A program made the position numbers and the translations under genes. The notes under the pieces are model-generated. The model did not search any database, was not told the DNA's origin, and was given only the letters and a program-made list of their open reading frames with translations. Below are positions 13,897-28,109 of a stretch of DNA of 64,000 nt, in pieces (positions within the stretch are counted from its first letter, which is position 1; each line of letters begins with the position of its first letter). This DNA comes from Podarcis cretensis (taxonomy: Eukaryota): contig OX638153.1 of assembly GCA_951804945.1 (NCBI GenBank), positions 64,418,001 to 64,482,000 on the forward strand, given 5' to 3'.

Positions 13897-14881
13897 ATTT
13901 CCAAAATATAAGATAAAAAACAAAGAATATAAAACCTACATACAGTGTTTTCTGTTGTGTAGGCTCCTATGATGTAAGTAACTAGCCTACTCCCTAAAAT
14001 ATCTCTGGTTTGCTCATTTCTACATATAGGGTACCTACATTCTGCATGGACTGGTTGCATGGCAACATGTGCAAATGGCTTTAGATAACTATTAGGTCCA
14101 TAAATTACAATATAGCATATATTCAACACACACAAAAAACAGTGGCAATTTGTTGTTGACAAAGGACAGCTGGACATATAAAGGGCCCCATTACCTTCAG
14201 GAGCTTAGGGACTTATCAAACCTATATCCGGCCCTGAACTTAGGTTTCCATGCTATGTGTGTTGTGTGTGTGTTGAGAATGTTGGAAACTCTGAGAGGGA
14301 CCTGCTATCAAAGCAAGCCCATATCAAGAAATGTTGGGGATGAGGGGAGCTGAAATGACCTGGGTGCTATAGGGAGGTCAAGACTGAAGAACCAGAACCT
14401 AAATTTAGCTCACTTGGCAAGCTCAGCAATGCTGAACTGTGTTATTAAATATTAATACAATAAATTTTTTTTAAAAAGATTTCAAAGTGTCCTGGGTGCT
14501 TGTCAGTTTTCCCAGTGCCTCTAGAATTCTGAGCAGTCTTGCAGACCAGTAACTCAGATGACTTTAAAAGAGAATTAGACAAATCTGAAGAGGACCAGGC
14601 TGTTAGTGACAACCACGTATGATGGTTCTGTGCAGCCTACATGTTTCAGTAGAAAAATGTATCACACTACCAGTTGCTGGAGAGCAGCAATGGGAGATGG
14701 CTGCTGCCTTCCTGGGAGTTTTCTGAAGGCAGCTGTTTGGATGGTATGACAGCAGGATGCTGACTAGATAGACCTTGGGCACTTCTTTGTGTGTGTTTTT
14801 CACCCGTTTGCCAAGACAGGGAGAGATGTACCTGCATGCTTTCCTTGGTGCCTTCATAAATAAGGAGGCTAGATAGATTTA

Positions 14882-15099
14882 CCGTATTTTTCGCTCTATA
14901 AGACGCACCAGACCACAAGACGCACCTAGTTTTTGAGGAGGAAAACAACAACAACAAAAATTCTGAATCTCAGAAGCCAGAACAACTGTTCTGGCTTCTG
15001 GGATATCTGTGCAGCCTGCATTCACTCCATAAGACGTGCACACATTTCCCCTTACTTTTTAGGAGGGAAAAAGTGAGTCTTATAGAGCAAAAAATACGG
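14882..15099. mobile_element. Tc1/mariner (pogo-like) MITE
   Basis: 23-bp TIRs CCGTATTTTTCGCTCTATAAGAC / GTCTTATAGAGCAAAAAATACGG with a TA TSD. Confidence 0.85.
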
Positions 15100-15732
15100 T
15101 ACTTTAGAGAGAGGGAAAGAATGTCCATGAAAGGGACTTGGAACTCTTCCAGAGGAGCAGCAGGCCCTTCTAGGCCTCTAGTGGCTGCAACTTCAAAATC
15201 AATCAATGGCTGGCATCACACCACTTTCCCCACAGCTATGTGGTTCTCTGGCACCACCCTCAGCTCTACCTAATCTTCTCTAAACCACCTTCTCTGTCTC
15301 CAAGGAGTACAACCTAGTTTTCTGCTAGGTATTATGAACTCTCTCTAACTTTCTCAATCTACCTAAGCTAAAACCTTCCTTACCATCATCTCAAAACCAC
15401 AATTAGTAACAGCTCTGACCCTACTCTGTTTCGCTAACCCTGCCCCAACCACCCAAACACTCTCTTCCACATCCCACTCCAGTTTTTGAATACCTCCCAA
15501 CAGTATTCAAACTCCCTATCAAAACTCCTGTCCAATAACCATTCACGCCCAAGCACACTCCAAGCACACTTCCCCTCCCAGCCCAATACTTACCCTAATT
15601 TACCTAATATATTTATGTACACATTTAGCACAATACATATTATCACATACAAGTTTACCATAATTACTCAAATTTATTTGCATACACATCAGAACATCAT
15701 AGTTGGGAAAAGGAAAACTCATCCTAGGAGTG

Positions 15733-15734
<2 letters not shown>

Positions 15735-15795
<61 letters not shown>
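15735..15795. repeat. (CT)n(CA)n compound microsatellite
   Basis: Read directly. Confidence 0.95.
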
Positions 15796-15796
<1 letters not shown>

Positions 15797-16042
15797 AAGA
15801 AATTGCATAAGCCAGACCTGAAAGAAAGAGTTTGTCAGCTAAGAAGGCTTTGCTTCCAGACAAGACAATGGAAGTGATGGAAAAGAGGGAGAGGAACCCT
15901 TCTAACATTGCCAGAGCATTTGCCTAGATTAGAGACTCTTGTGTGCTGGCAAAGGATGGATGGATATATCTATGTATCATCTATCATCTGCCTGTCTGTC
16001 TGTCTATATCTATCATCTATCATCTATCTTCTATCATCTATC

Positions 16043-16905
16043 TTTTTTTAAAAATAATATTTATTAAGAGTTTAAAGATTACAAAAAGAAAGAAAACGAA
16101 TTAAACAAATCAATATAATACAATACAAAAACAAAAACAAAAACACTATGTAGAACATTGAATTAACAAAACAAAACAAGAACAATTAAAAACACTTCCA
16201 ATATTTTCAAACTTAGCTTTCATTCACTTGTTTCATTGACTTCCTCACGCCTCCCTTTTTGTATTCCACTTCCATTAACTGTTTCAGCAATTCCTTTCCA
16301 CCTTCCTCTGTTTTCTGTCCTGTAATTAATCTTAACATATTCTAACCTTGTTTCCCCCCCTTTTAATACATTAACAATCTATCTGTACCTAGTTCCTTAT
16401 AACATTTCTGCCAAAGCCATATAACTTCATTCCACCTTTTTTCTAAAGCTCATTAATTTTACAATATTTCTGTAAATAATCTTTAATTTTTTTCCAATCT
16501 TCTTCCACCGACTCTTCTCCCTGGTCTCAGATTCTGCCAGTCATTTCCGCCAATTCCATATAGTCCATCAGCTTCATGTGCCATTCTTCCTGGGTGGGTA
16601 AATCTTGTGTCTTCCAATACTTCGTGATGAGTATTCTTGCTGCTGTTGTTGCATACATAAAGAAAGTTCTGTCCTTCTTTAGCACCAATTGGCCGACCAT
16701 GCCCAGGAGAAAGGCCTCTGGTTTCTTCAGAAAGGTATATTTAAATACCTTTTTCATTTCATTATAAATCATCTCCCAGAATGTCTTAATCATTGGCATG
16801 TCCACCAAAGGTGAAAGAATGTACCTTCAGTCTCATTACATTTCCAACATTTATTTTCGGGCAAATGGTAAATTTTTGCAAGCTTGACTGGTGTCATGTA
16901 CCACC
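16043..16905 (-). mobile_element. L1/Tx1-clade LINE 3' fragment inserted in a (TATC)n tract
   Basis: ORF2 C-terminal-like peptide (FWEMIYNEMKK...AARILITKYWK...EW) followed by a T-rich 3' UTR. TATC repeats lie on both sides. Confidence 0.78.
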
Positions 16906-16906
16906 T

Positions 16907-16944
16907 ATATATCATCTATCTATCATCTATCATCTATCTATCTA

Positions 16945-16988
<44 letters not shown>

Positions 16989-17000
16989 ATCTATCTATCT
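16907..17000. repeat. (TATC)n microsatellite
   Basis: Read directly; a companion tract lies at ~15965-16042. Confidence 0.92.
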
Positions 17001-18230
17001 TCCCCAGATGGTGAGCACTTGGTGGCAAAATTCTAGGAGGCAGAAGGTTGGGAGAGGAAGCCCAAATTCAAAAAAAAAAGAAAAGAAAAGCTTAAGAAAC
17101 CCTGGTGCAAAATGCATCCACTCTGCATATATTCTTTGGTCCAGTCTATACAGTCTTGTGTCAGTCATGCAGAAAAGGAGAGGAGAGGAAGAAAGGAAAG
17201 GGGGAAGGGGGCAATGGAAGAAAATGTTCCAATGCCCCATCCAAAGATGCTTGGTGGTCTAGAAGGACTTCAGAAATGCCTGCACTTCTCTCACTTCTCC
17301 ACAAACTGCTTTGTAAGATATGATACACTGCAATCCACGGGCAACACCTTAACTAAGAACCAGCCTTCCCTCATGGGTACAATGGAAGCCTAAAGAAAGG
17401 CAGCTTACTAAAAGAACCAGCTTAGTAATCATGGGCTATCAAAGTGGGCAATATGTTATCACATGGCGAGTTATAACCTTTAATATGCAAGGCACTCAAC
17501 ACTCCAAGGCTTTAATCAACTCCGGCATGTGAAATGAGGGGAAAAGATATATGTTGTGTTTGCCAATTTGTGAGGTGATGCAGATGCCTTTCCAAACACA
17601 AAACAACTGACTGTCCGAACCCAATTAAGGCTGTTGAGTGACAACAAGCATACCTACCTACCACATCATGTGCAAATCACAGGCACTTAAGCAAAGCAAC
17701 GAACACTTAAGAACTAAATTACTCTTGTCTTCATAATAGCCAACATATTCAGAGAGATGAGGAGGAATGTGGATTTCACATGACAGAAGCTTTCAGAAAA
17801 ATTGCAGCTTGAAAACAAAAAGTGCAGAATCCAAATGTGTTGGGTCGGGCAGGCAGAGGGAAGACACCATGAAAATATTAGGATTCAGTGTACATGGGTG
17901 TGCCTGACGTACAGTTATTGAGCAACAACAATGGGGGTCATAGTCCAAGAGCATTCAGAGGGCATCATAATAACCACCCCTGCTCTGCATTGACTCACAG
18001 CAGTTCTCTGGGGTTTCAGGCAGAAACCTCTCAAAACCCTACCTAAAGATGCCAAGGACTGAAGGTGGGGCCTTCTGCATGCACTTTAAAAAAAAAAAAG
18101 TGTCCTGGTGTATGGTTCCATCTCCTAAGTGAGGATGCCCCACTCAATATAGGTAGACTTACATCTGAGTAACCATGACAGGATTGCACTGTGAAGAACA
18201 TGCTGAATTGAGTTGTCTGAGTCAGTTGTT

Positions 18231-19412
18231 TAGACCCCACCTGCAATACTGTGCCCAGTTCTGGGCACCCCAATTTAAGAAGGATATTGACAAGCTGGAA
18301 CGTGTTCAGAGGAGAGTGAACAAGATGATCAAGGGTCTGGAAACTAAGCATTAGGAGAAATGGTTGAGGGAAATTGGTACGTTTAGCCTGGAAAAAAGGA
18401 GACTAAGAGGAGATATGATATGCATCTTCAAATTCCTGCAGGGCTGTCACATGGAAGAGGGAACAAACTTGATTTCTCCTGCTCTGGAGGGTAGGACTCG
18501 AACCAATAGCTTCAAGATACAAGAAAGGAGATCAGGAAAAACTTTCTGACAGTAAGATATGGTTACCAGATGTCCCTGTTTCCCGGGGACAGTCCCCAGA
18601 TTGACGAATCTGTCCCCAGACAAAATTCGTCCCCGGAATGTCGCTGGATTTCATTTAATGTCCCTGGATTTATATTTTAAGTGTTGTAGATTTATTAGCA
18701 GGGAATTAATGCTTCGCGATTGGCTCAAAGGCACAAGACACATCATATGGGGACTTCCAGTGAGGCAAAAATGCTGGCACCATGGTAGCAAGCAGCTCTT
18801 GAAGCCATCTAGAGTCAACTGCACTACCAGGCTGGCTCTGAGCTGCTGAGACTGCCACTGCTGAGGGCGAACTGGGGGCGCGTCAACTGGGGGAACTGCT
18901 GACCCCCCTGACCCAAATCGAGCCAGGAGCAAGAGCGCCCAGCCACCTGGCCGACTGCTCAGCAGCACTCCAAGCCAGAAAAACCCTGGAGCCGACACAG
19001 GGAGAAGGAGGAGAGGAGAAGGAGAAGGGAGAGAGAGGAAGAGGAAGGAGAAAAAAGAAGGAAGCCCCGACTTTGCTGCGCTGCCGCTGCCACTGCTGAG
19101 GAGAGGTGGGAGAGCACCAGGAGGGCAAGGACACGTGGCCAAGCCCAGGCCTGACCAGAGCCTACTCCACAGCGGCTAGCACTCTAAGAGAGCAGGCCGG
19201 GGCCCAGAGGAAGGCCGTGCGACAGAGGAGACCACGGAAGAGAAGATATTACTTCGTTGTTGTTTTTTAAAATCTTTTTTAATAACTTTTTTTCTCATTT
19301 TTTTTGTTAAAAAGTGTTCCCGGATTCTTTGAAAAAAATCTGGTAACTTTACAGTAAGAGCTGTTCAACAGTGAAAGGGACTCCCTTGGGAGGTGTTGGA
19401 CTCTCTCTCATG
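18231..19412 (+). mobile_element. CR1 LINE 3' fragment split by a hAT element
   Basis: [19 protein letters not shown] peptide. The CR1 sequence resumes (CAGTAAGAGCTGTTCAACAGTG) after 19351. Confidence 0.88.
18558..19351. mobile_element. Non-autonomous hAT element with a GC-rich internal segment
   Basis: TIRs TATGGTTACCAGA / TCTGGTAACTTTA. 8-bp TSD CAGTAAGA at 18550-18557 and 19352-19359. Confidence 0.85.
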
Positions 19413-19510
19413 GGAAGAAGGAAGAAGAAGAAAAAGAAACAGTATTTCACTTCCTGTTGCTTTGATAATGCCAATCATTAGCCCTATATGCACATGACTT
19501 GTGTGTATGA

Positions 19511-19861
19511 GGTAAAGGTAAAGAGACCCCTGACCAGTAGGTCCAGTCATGACCGACTCTGGGGTTGCGGCGCTCATCTCACTTTATTGGCCGAGGGAGC
19601 TGGCGTACAGCTTCTGGGTCATATGGCCAGCATGACTAAGCCGCTTCTGGCAAATCAGAGCAGCGCATGGAAACGCTGTTTACCTTCCTGCTGGAGCGGT
19701 ACCTATTTATCTACTTGCACTTTGATGTGCTTTCGAACTGCTAGGTTGGCATGAGCAGGGACCGAGCAACGGGAGCTCACCCCGTCGCAGGGATTTGAAC
19801 CGCCGACCTTCTGATCGGCAAGTCCTAGGCTCTGTGGTTTAACCCACAGCGCCATCTGTGC
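19511..19861 (-). mobile_element. Sauria SINE
   Basis: Full body. TSD TGTGTGTATGA at 19500-19510 and 19862-19872. Confidence 0.92.
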
Positions 19862-20967
19862 TGTGTGTATGATACTCACATGGTAAAACAGGAGTGGGGC
19901 TAGACAGGGCATTCACACTACTCTCTCTCTGGAAGCTGCTCCAAGGACCCCTTTCCATTCCCTCCTGCAGCAGCTTTTCCTGCTGGAGATCCTGGAAGAT
20001 TGCTTCTATTGGCAAAGCAGGTGCTGGAGCACTGAGACAGGGTGTGTGCTGCAGGTGTTGTGGGAAAACTCCAACACTTGAGAGGTGATTTTTGTACATG
20101 CACCCCCTCTGGGCCTTCACCCCCAGCAGAGACCAGTTTTGGTAACCCTTAAGTATGCCTCTGTGAGCATGCCACCACTCTGCCCACCTGCGATTTCTAG
20201 TAACTGGCAGTCAGAGGCAAAATGACTCTGCCTGTGGAGGGAAGACACAGCCATCATAGCTTGTAGTTGGTTCTTCTTCCTCTTTCCCACTGTGCCACAA
20301 TAAACCATGCCTACTTCTCTTACCCAAATCTCATTGCAAGGGAGAACACACTAGAAATTGGGAGGAGGATGAAATCAAGGAAAAGTGGGGGACTTGAGCT
20401 GACAGCACAATGCTTCACTAACATTAATATAGGGCAAACCTCTTGAACCCAGAGATACCCCCATCTCCAGGACGAAGGAGAAGGAAGAAGGAGACTGCTT
20501 TCTGTTCCATTTTAAGAATTTTCACAGGAAAATAAAAATAGTCTTGACTCAACTGCCCCTTGAAAAAACACCTGGAGCACATTTGAAAGCAACCCTCTTT
20601 CGTTTCCCTTGATGATCCTGCCAGAAAATATTGTGGGAACACTTTTCTGACACAAAAGCTTGAGGGCTGGACTGGATGAGATCAATGCAGTTCACCAGGC
20701 CACCGAACAGCCATCAGGCGATAATAACTTTCTGCAAGCTGGATTTGAACTAGTGATCTAAACAGAGAATGGCTTCTTAGCACTTTAATAATCCCTTAAG
20801 ATGTCTTCGCTCTGCCTTACAGTCTGCAAATAAGACCCTGCCGCCTGCCTGCCGGTTGCTGCCCAAAGATCAGAGGAAAAACAGCTCAGAGACTGACCTT
20901 CTTGCAATAATTTTGATACTGATTTCTTTTGTACATAGAGTGGCCTATAGTAAATTAACACACATTA

Positions 20968-20986
20968 TTGCACCAGGGGGCCTATT
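20968..20986 (+). promoter_or_regulatory. Candidate CTCF site
   Basis: TTGCACCAGGGGGCCTATT resembles the CCACCAGGGGGCGC core and lies in non-repeat sequence. Confidence 0.4.
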
Positions 20987-23900
20987 GCAAGTCTAGCATT
21001 GTGTTCCGGTTGTCCTGTGGTTATAAAATACGAGGCTGTGTATGTGGCTCTCCCGTTTCCACCCTAACAAACAAATGGAGGAGCACTAAGTAGGCCTTTT
21101 GAATCTGTAGTAGGGAAAGGAAGAAAGCATGTATAAGACTGCAAAGCACAATAGTGGGAGGGGGGACCCACCATCACCTATTGATAGCATTTTAATAAAC
21201 TAGATGGATCTGGATTGTGCTCTTATCAGTCTCCAGCTCCTACTTTGCTTTCGTGTGACCTCAAGAGTAGCGTCTTGTGACACTGGGCTCCATTGCCATG
21301 GAAACCCCCAGGATATCATCAATAAATGCATGGCAAGGTCACATGGAAATAAACACCAGAACTTTGGGGGTATAAAAGAAATAGAACGGATACGACAAGT
21401 TTCCAGCTCAGAAAATTGATTACGAAATAGCTATGTTTGTCAAATAACGGCAATCTTTTTCAGTAGATTTATTCCTGTGCAGTCCAGCTTAGAGCAGCTT
21501 TCAGCCTTAGGTGTTTTAAACAGGATGCAATACATTAATTGTATTTTTGAAGCTACTTTGTGCAGCTGTTGGAAGGGTGTGGATAAAGGAAGGCAGTGAT
21601 TTTAAATGAATCTGCTGTCATGTGCTTGCTTGGAGACCTCTACGCTGTTTCTCCTTTGTCTTTCCCATTGAGTGGGTTCCATAGGATTGCTGCATATTTC
21701 TCACCATACTGTCCATGTCCTGTGTCCCAGCCAATATTTTTTAGCAGGAGGAGAGTGTTTTAGCACTCTCTGCTAACCTCTTCCAGGTTCCCTGACTATA
21801 ATTGTCAAGTAGAGACTGCTAAACAGTATGCAATCATGCCCAGACACCAGGGATGGAGAATTTTGTTTGGTCTGCATTTTTAATCCAACTGACCTTTTTC
21901 ACACCTCCTGGATTAATACACTGATCAGAATGTAATTATCCTTTGGACTTCATGCTTCTGTGAATTTCATGATACAGTTTCTGTCTCAATTTTTAAAAAG
22001 CACCATGATGCACTTAAAAATGTATTTTATTAAAGGAAAACATTTAGAAATGCATACACTGAGATAAAGTATGTATCTAAATACATATTTTATGATGAAA
22101 TGTATATTTAAGTATAGATTTTTAAAATAAAAACAGTGATTAATGTGGAAACTCAACAGAATGGACACATGTAAAAATGAAATGGTCCAAAAATAGATGG
22201 AGTCATCCATTCCTGCCAGACACTACACCTGGTAGCATATTTCACATCTCCAACCACTTTAAACGGTCATGGCTTTCCTAAAGAATTCTGGGAGCTGTAG
22301 TTTGTGGGGAGATAGGTATAGGCATGCACAGGGGTCAATAACCCCCACCCATGTTTGGTTGAAAAATTGCACATCCACACACAAACTTTCTATATGACCG
22401 GGACACTCTTCTGTGATTAAACATATTGCACTGCTGCTGTCACATCTCGTTTGGCCCCTGAAATGAGAAGTGCTACACAGATGCCCAGCAGTTGGTGGGT
22501 GAATCAAGCAGAGCCAAAGCAGGGGTCCTCAAAGGGCTTTCATTTTTACAAGGGATGCTGAGTAGCTATGAGGCAGGGGATGTGTGATTTATTTCCGAGG
22601 ATATTTCTTTCCACCCCCAATCTCTTGATATTTGCTTTGAAATACAGTCTGCTGTTCTGACACCTTTGTATTACCTTTCTCTGTTCGTTGGAGCCTTTGT
22701 TGTTTTTAACATCAAAGAGATGCTGCCCTGCTCTTCTAGGAAAGCGTCTGTCTCCTGCTCTGTATAATATTTCCAGCCTGGCGTAATGGGTACTAAAATG
22801 GCTTCCTTCAGTCCCCTGTGCTCACATTATGAAATTTTTATAGGGGCCATTTCACCATGCAGTAAGGTTATGGTTGGCAAGGCATGATTTATATTGGAGC
22901 ATCACTGGGTGTTTTGGGTAGAATTGTTTCATTCTGGTGGTGAGGCATCCTGACCTGCTCTTTACCTAATGACAGAACTCTTCCAGCATATGGGAATGCT
23001 CAGGACTACCTCCACATACACATCTGTGCACATCAACAACACTCTCAGGCTGATGATGGGACTCATACTGCCTTGACCTACCAAGAAAGTTCAAGGAAAT
23101 CAGTGAAGTGTCTCACACAGGGCACAGTCAGCATCAACTTTGGCTTTCATTTCCTCTCTCTATTCACTCTTGAAAAACATAGAGGTCATCTGCACTGTTG
23201 TATAAAGAAATATATTTGGAAAGGATTTAAGAGGGACTTGTTTACTTGTTCAGAGTTTCACCCAAGGTCTGTGGCACTGGATACTAAACTATTTGCAAGG
23301 CTATGATCCTTTCCCTCTTTAACCTTGCCAGAATAACTTCTCCTGTGTATAAGTGGAATAATTTTGCAGGTGATCAGCTTCAGACAGGTAGGCTGATAGC
23401 AGAGATAGAATACAAGATGGAGGCCTTCTTAGCTGTAGATAGCCTTCATAGCTAGGAAATTCACTCTCTTCTCCCTTCCCCTCCCAGCTTTTTAGTTGCA
23501 TGAACTTGAGAAAACAAAGACGGATTTGCAGCAGCTAAGGACAAATAGCTGTCGTGGATTCTTCTTGCACCAAAATGTAGGTGGAAAGATCTCCCCACAT
23601 CATCTTTCTCCACTTTGGCTGCATTCACATGGCAGGATATTCCATTTCCCTAATGTTCCCCATGTTAATTTCTGTGTTATAGTTCATCTTTCACAATACA
23701 TAAAACCCATTTACAGAAATCTCATGGAATATAGGTGATGTTCAGCACTCATTTCCTTGTTAATTGGTTCTATTTCTGTGTTAATTACAACCCTATTGCC
23801 CAGAAAGTCACAGGAGTAAAGTGATGACATTTGGGGTGGTATACCAGTATACAGTTCTTTCCTGCTACTTTCATGGGGGAATCATGTGGGAACAGAAGAA

Positions 23901-24886
23901 CGCATGTGTGAACAGGTTGGGGGAGTGTAAGTACGTTCAGTGTCGTATCTCACCACACCCAGTGGCATGAATGAAATGTAGCATGACATGCTGTTATAGC
24001 AGTCATAATTCCACAGTTCCATAATGCAACAGATACTGCAGTGCGGAAGGAACATTAGAAAATGGAACAGAAGTGCTAGCATTATAATCATTATAATTTG
24101 AATGTACCCCTTACTTCTCTTCTCAAATACCACATTTCAAACTATAGTATCTGCTAGGTCAGTGTTCCACAACCTGATGCCATCCAGATACTTTGTGCTA
24201 GCAAGGGCCATGGCTGTGGATGAGGGGAGCTGAAGTCCAAAAAAATCTGGGGGGCATCAGGTTGGAAAATGCTGTGCTGGGTGGAACTGCTGTTATTGAC
24301 ACAAAATGGTACCTGTTGATCTCATCACTTTCTGCAGGGTAGAATTGCCCTCTGTGTTCAAAGGCAGTTGATTATGAAGAACCAAATAGATCACGAGGGG
24401 CCAGATTGAATGATCTTAGGGAGTCAGGGTCATTTTATCCATTCATCTGCCACTTTTTAATCCCACTTCTTAATGGTTAACCCAATGTTTCATAGCACAG
24501 CTTTTCATCTCATGCGCCTAAGTCACCTCCCCACCTTTTTAAAAAAAGAGTTGAACCATCAGCCACCCTACTCATCCTGGGTAGCTAGTATGCTAGCAAA
24601 GTATCTACATTTTGTTTGTCACACTAGAAAATCTTAGTGTCTAACTGCAGAGGAGAGATACTGATCTCTGGAAACACCCAGATGGACCCCAAATGGCAGG
24701 TGAAGTGATGATGGCTAGATCAAGTAAAGATAATGATGTGACCATTCCCAAAGCTTAAGGCACTGGTAGTGGCAATCGCTGCTATCATTTTGCCCTGAGT
24801 GATACTAGCCTAAACCACTGTAAATAAATTCAGGAGTTATATCCAGGAATATTAGATTTTGTACATGAGATCATGCAAGAGCTCAC

Positions 24887-24939
24887 TTCCTAGGCGGGGA
24901 GCCCCACGCTGCGGTCTTTAAAGAAGATGAAGGCTGCAT
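24887..24939 (-). CDS. Candidate alternative first coding exon (MQPSSSLKTAAWGSPPR, phase 2)
   Basis: ATG at 24939, donor AA|GTGAGC at 24887/24886, and TATA-like TTAAATA at ~25135-25142. I do not recognise the protein. Confidence 0.25.
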
Positions 24940-26312
24940 CTGAGAATTATTTCCATTTCCCTACACCGCATTGAAAGTCCTTTTCTTTTTCTTTTGTCTC
25001 CCCGCAAAAGACACAAAGGATTTGATATTTTGCTTTCTGCAGGGAGGAGTAATCTCCCCAGAGCCCATCCGCAGTCCCAGACCACAGGACTTCTGTCTTG
25101 GAATTCTGAGTCTCGGCAGGAGAGGGACTGAACATATTTAAGAGGCCAAGGGCAGCCCGGGGCTATTGACTGGTCTGTGAAGGCTGGTAGAAGGGCTGTC
25201 TTGTTGGTCCCCAGGCAACCAATCAATGCTAATTCCCTGCTGATCCTTGCAGCCGCTGGCCCATTGCTCAAGTGAGAGTGCTGCCCTGCTGAGCAATGAT
25301 TTGTGGGATATAATTGGCTTAATGCTTGACTTGGTCGTTTAGTGTTACTAAATGACATAACATCAGCTGCCTTCCAGCTTCACCAGGAATAAATCTCTAC
25401 AGGGAAGTGGAACTTAGGGCAAATTGTTAAGTTTTTCTCGCAAAGGACAAACAAATGCAATTTTTCGCCACTGAGGTCTAGGGTTGCCCATTTCCATCAA
25501 GGATGAGTGATAGCAAAGATAGTGCTCAGGATTACTCACAGTCCATGGCAGCCTCTCAAGTTCACACTTTATGCATTTGTTGGTATAGGCCTTGCAATAT
25601 TCAGACTTGCCTAACCTTCTCTTACTTACCTAATATGACAAAAGAGGCAATGGCATTTTAGGTATAGGTTTATTGTGACATGAACTTTCACAGGTAGCAG
25701 TCTGATTGATGAGATTGACGAAGCCCTGTTCAGTTGACGGAAACAGGACAGGTAGTGTGCGAAGACTTAGCATCATCCTCAGTTGTCTATACATTGATCT
25801 AGTTCATCTGCACAGAGCCTGATGACTGCAAATTGTGCATAGATAGGCTTTCTATACAATCAGGGACATTGTAGCTTGAAGGGATTTCAGACTGGGATAG
25901 AGAGCATATGCAACCTAAATAATTGCTTGGGTTATATGATTCAGTTCAGTGTCTATTAGGGGTGTGCATTGACTCTGTGTGAACCCCAAATATCATGGGG
26001 ATTTGGAATGATTCAGGTCATGATCTCACATTTCCTGAGTAGGACAGCCATTAACAAGGTGCTTCAATAGGGATTTTTCCATAAAGCAAAATGGCACCTG
26101 CACACGCATTTTTTTCTTTCTGAGAAATGAAAGCAAGCTGACTGGGGAAACACCGAGAGTTTGAGAGGGGAGGGGATGTAGACATGGGGGCATATTTCAT
26201 TTTGATAGAAAGGTCCAGCTTTTAATCACAGTGAAATTATTTCCCCAGTGTACTCCACTCACCGTGTTTGGTTCCAGTTATGGCAGAAAATAAAATAAAA
26301 AGTAAGAGACAT

Positions 26313-26340
26313 TATTTATTTATTTATTTATTTATTTATA

Positions 26341-26379
<39 letters not shown>
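26313..26379. repeat. Head-to-head (TTTA)n/(TAAA)n palindromic microsatellite
   Basis: Read directly. Confidence 0.9.
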
Positions 26380-26380
<1 letters not shown>

Positions 26381-28109
26381 GTAAAAGTTCCCTGCACAAA
26401 CACCCCTTGACAGATCTGCCTGACAATTGGCAGGTATAATCCACTCTGGATGGCTGTCAAATTAGAATAACACAGAGTCGATCCCAAACAGATCAGACTG
26501 TTTCCAAATACTACAGTAAGTTCCTATAAGCTGCTGCTCTAGAAATTTTTTTAGTTCAGAACTGGCTTTCTTCGTGCCACATAGCCATTAGGGCAAAGTC
26601 AGCTAATGCAAAGTGAGATGCTTAGCTACATGACAAAAAGTCACTGAATGCAATCAACTTTAGGCATATGACAGCATTGTCACCACCAGGCAGAAGAAAC
26701 GTGGCTTTAACTGCAACAATACCAGCAACAGCTACAACAAATGTTTTGCAGCCATGCAATGTGTTGGACTGGTCTGGTATGAGGGCATTGGGGGAGATTA
26801 TTCAGGAAAAGTTTCAAGTACTTGAAAGCTTCCTTTTTCACACAGAAAGTATGAGCCCACAAACATCTGGCACAGCCCTAGTACTGAAGTGGTCTCTTTG
26901 CAGAAATGTGTCTTATTTGTCACAGAATGGTTAAAAATAAAAAATAAAAGTTAAATAGTACAGTTCTTTGCCTGGATATGCTGAAAGGGTAGCATATTAA
27001 GAAATGGGTCCTATCTTGAGGGAAACAAAGTGCTGACAAAGGGATTCTTCAGCTTGACTCCAGAAGGTTTTGTACACACATATTTCCCCCCAAAAAAGTT
27101 GGACATTCGACTACCAAATATGAAGGCACAGAGAACTAATACAATAATATTTAGTATTTTGAAAATACCCATTAAAGTAACATTCGTAATCAGCCCCACC
27201 CCAGCTGCACTGAGGCATTTGCTTTGGCTCACAGACAAGCCACAGAATGGCAGTAGGAGCTTTGGGTTACCTTCTTAGGAAAACACCATCTTCGCAATTT
27301 GAGTGTCAGTGGAATCTGCCAAGATGTCATGCGTCAAGTGAGCTGAGTCCATCACTCCAAAAAACTGCATCAAGTCATGGAAGATGAGGCAAGATTTAGG
27401 ACAGATTCAGCCAGTGTGGACAAAAAAATAAGAGCACTTGCAAATTGGTGATTGGCATTAAAATTAGAAATCCACAGATAGAATTAGGGCATGTATCCAG
27501 AAGTAGAGAAGGCCAGACAAGGAAGGGGCCAAAGGAACAGTATCTGCATAACTGCTTATTTAAGGAATTTTGGCCTAACTGCCTGCGTAGAAAATTATTC
27601 ATGGCATAATGAAAGTGAATAGAAATTTTACTCCATTTTTCATATTAATCAAAGCCAGGGTCATCCAATGGAGCTGAATGTCGGAAGATTCAGGACAAAC
27701 CAAAGCAAAGTAGAATAAAACCCAGCCTTCAAGATAAAACACAAACAGCAAGAGGGGCAGGAACAAAAGTGGAAGTTATGTGAACAGCTGCTGTTGGATG
27801 TAGAACCTCTGAAAGACTGAATTTCCAAAGCCAACTTGATTGATATGAGTACTGGGTGATAATTTGACCCTATCATTTAGGCATTATCATTTTTGTTTGT
27901 TGACCACTTATCAATACAAACATATTCTTTTATTCCATTTTTTTTTTGCATTAAAGGGTTTTATTTACTTCTTCGTAAGACTTGAGTAGTAGTTGTTCAC
28001 GCAATTTCTCCTTCTGTTCTTGCCCAACTTGCTGTTTGTGTTATAAAATATTTGGGGCAGACAAAAAGAAGTTCCACTTCCACACAATGCATAGTATTGA
28101 CTACTACAG

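Larger units (their letters stand above)
12996..14236. mobile_element. Non-autonomous hAT-like DNA transposon hosting the 13103-13896 insertion
   Basis: Imperfect TIRs CAGTGCCATATTTA / TATATCCGGCCCTG. 8-bp TSD AATTTAGG (12988-12995) / AACTTAGG (14237-14244). Confidence 0.72.
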
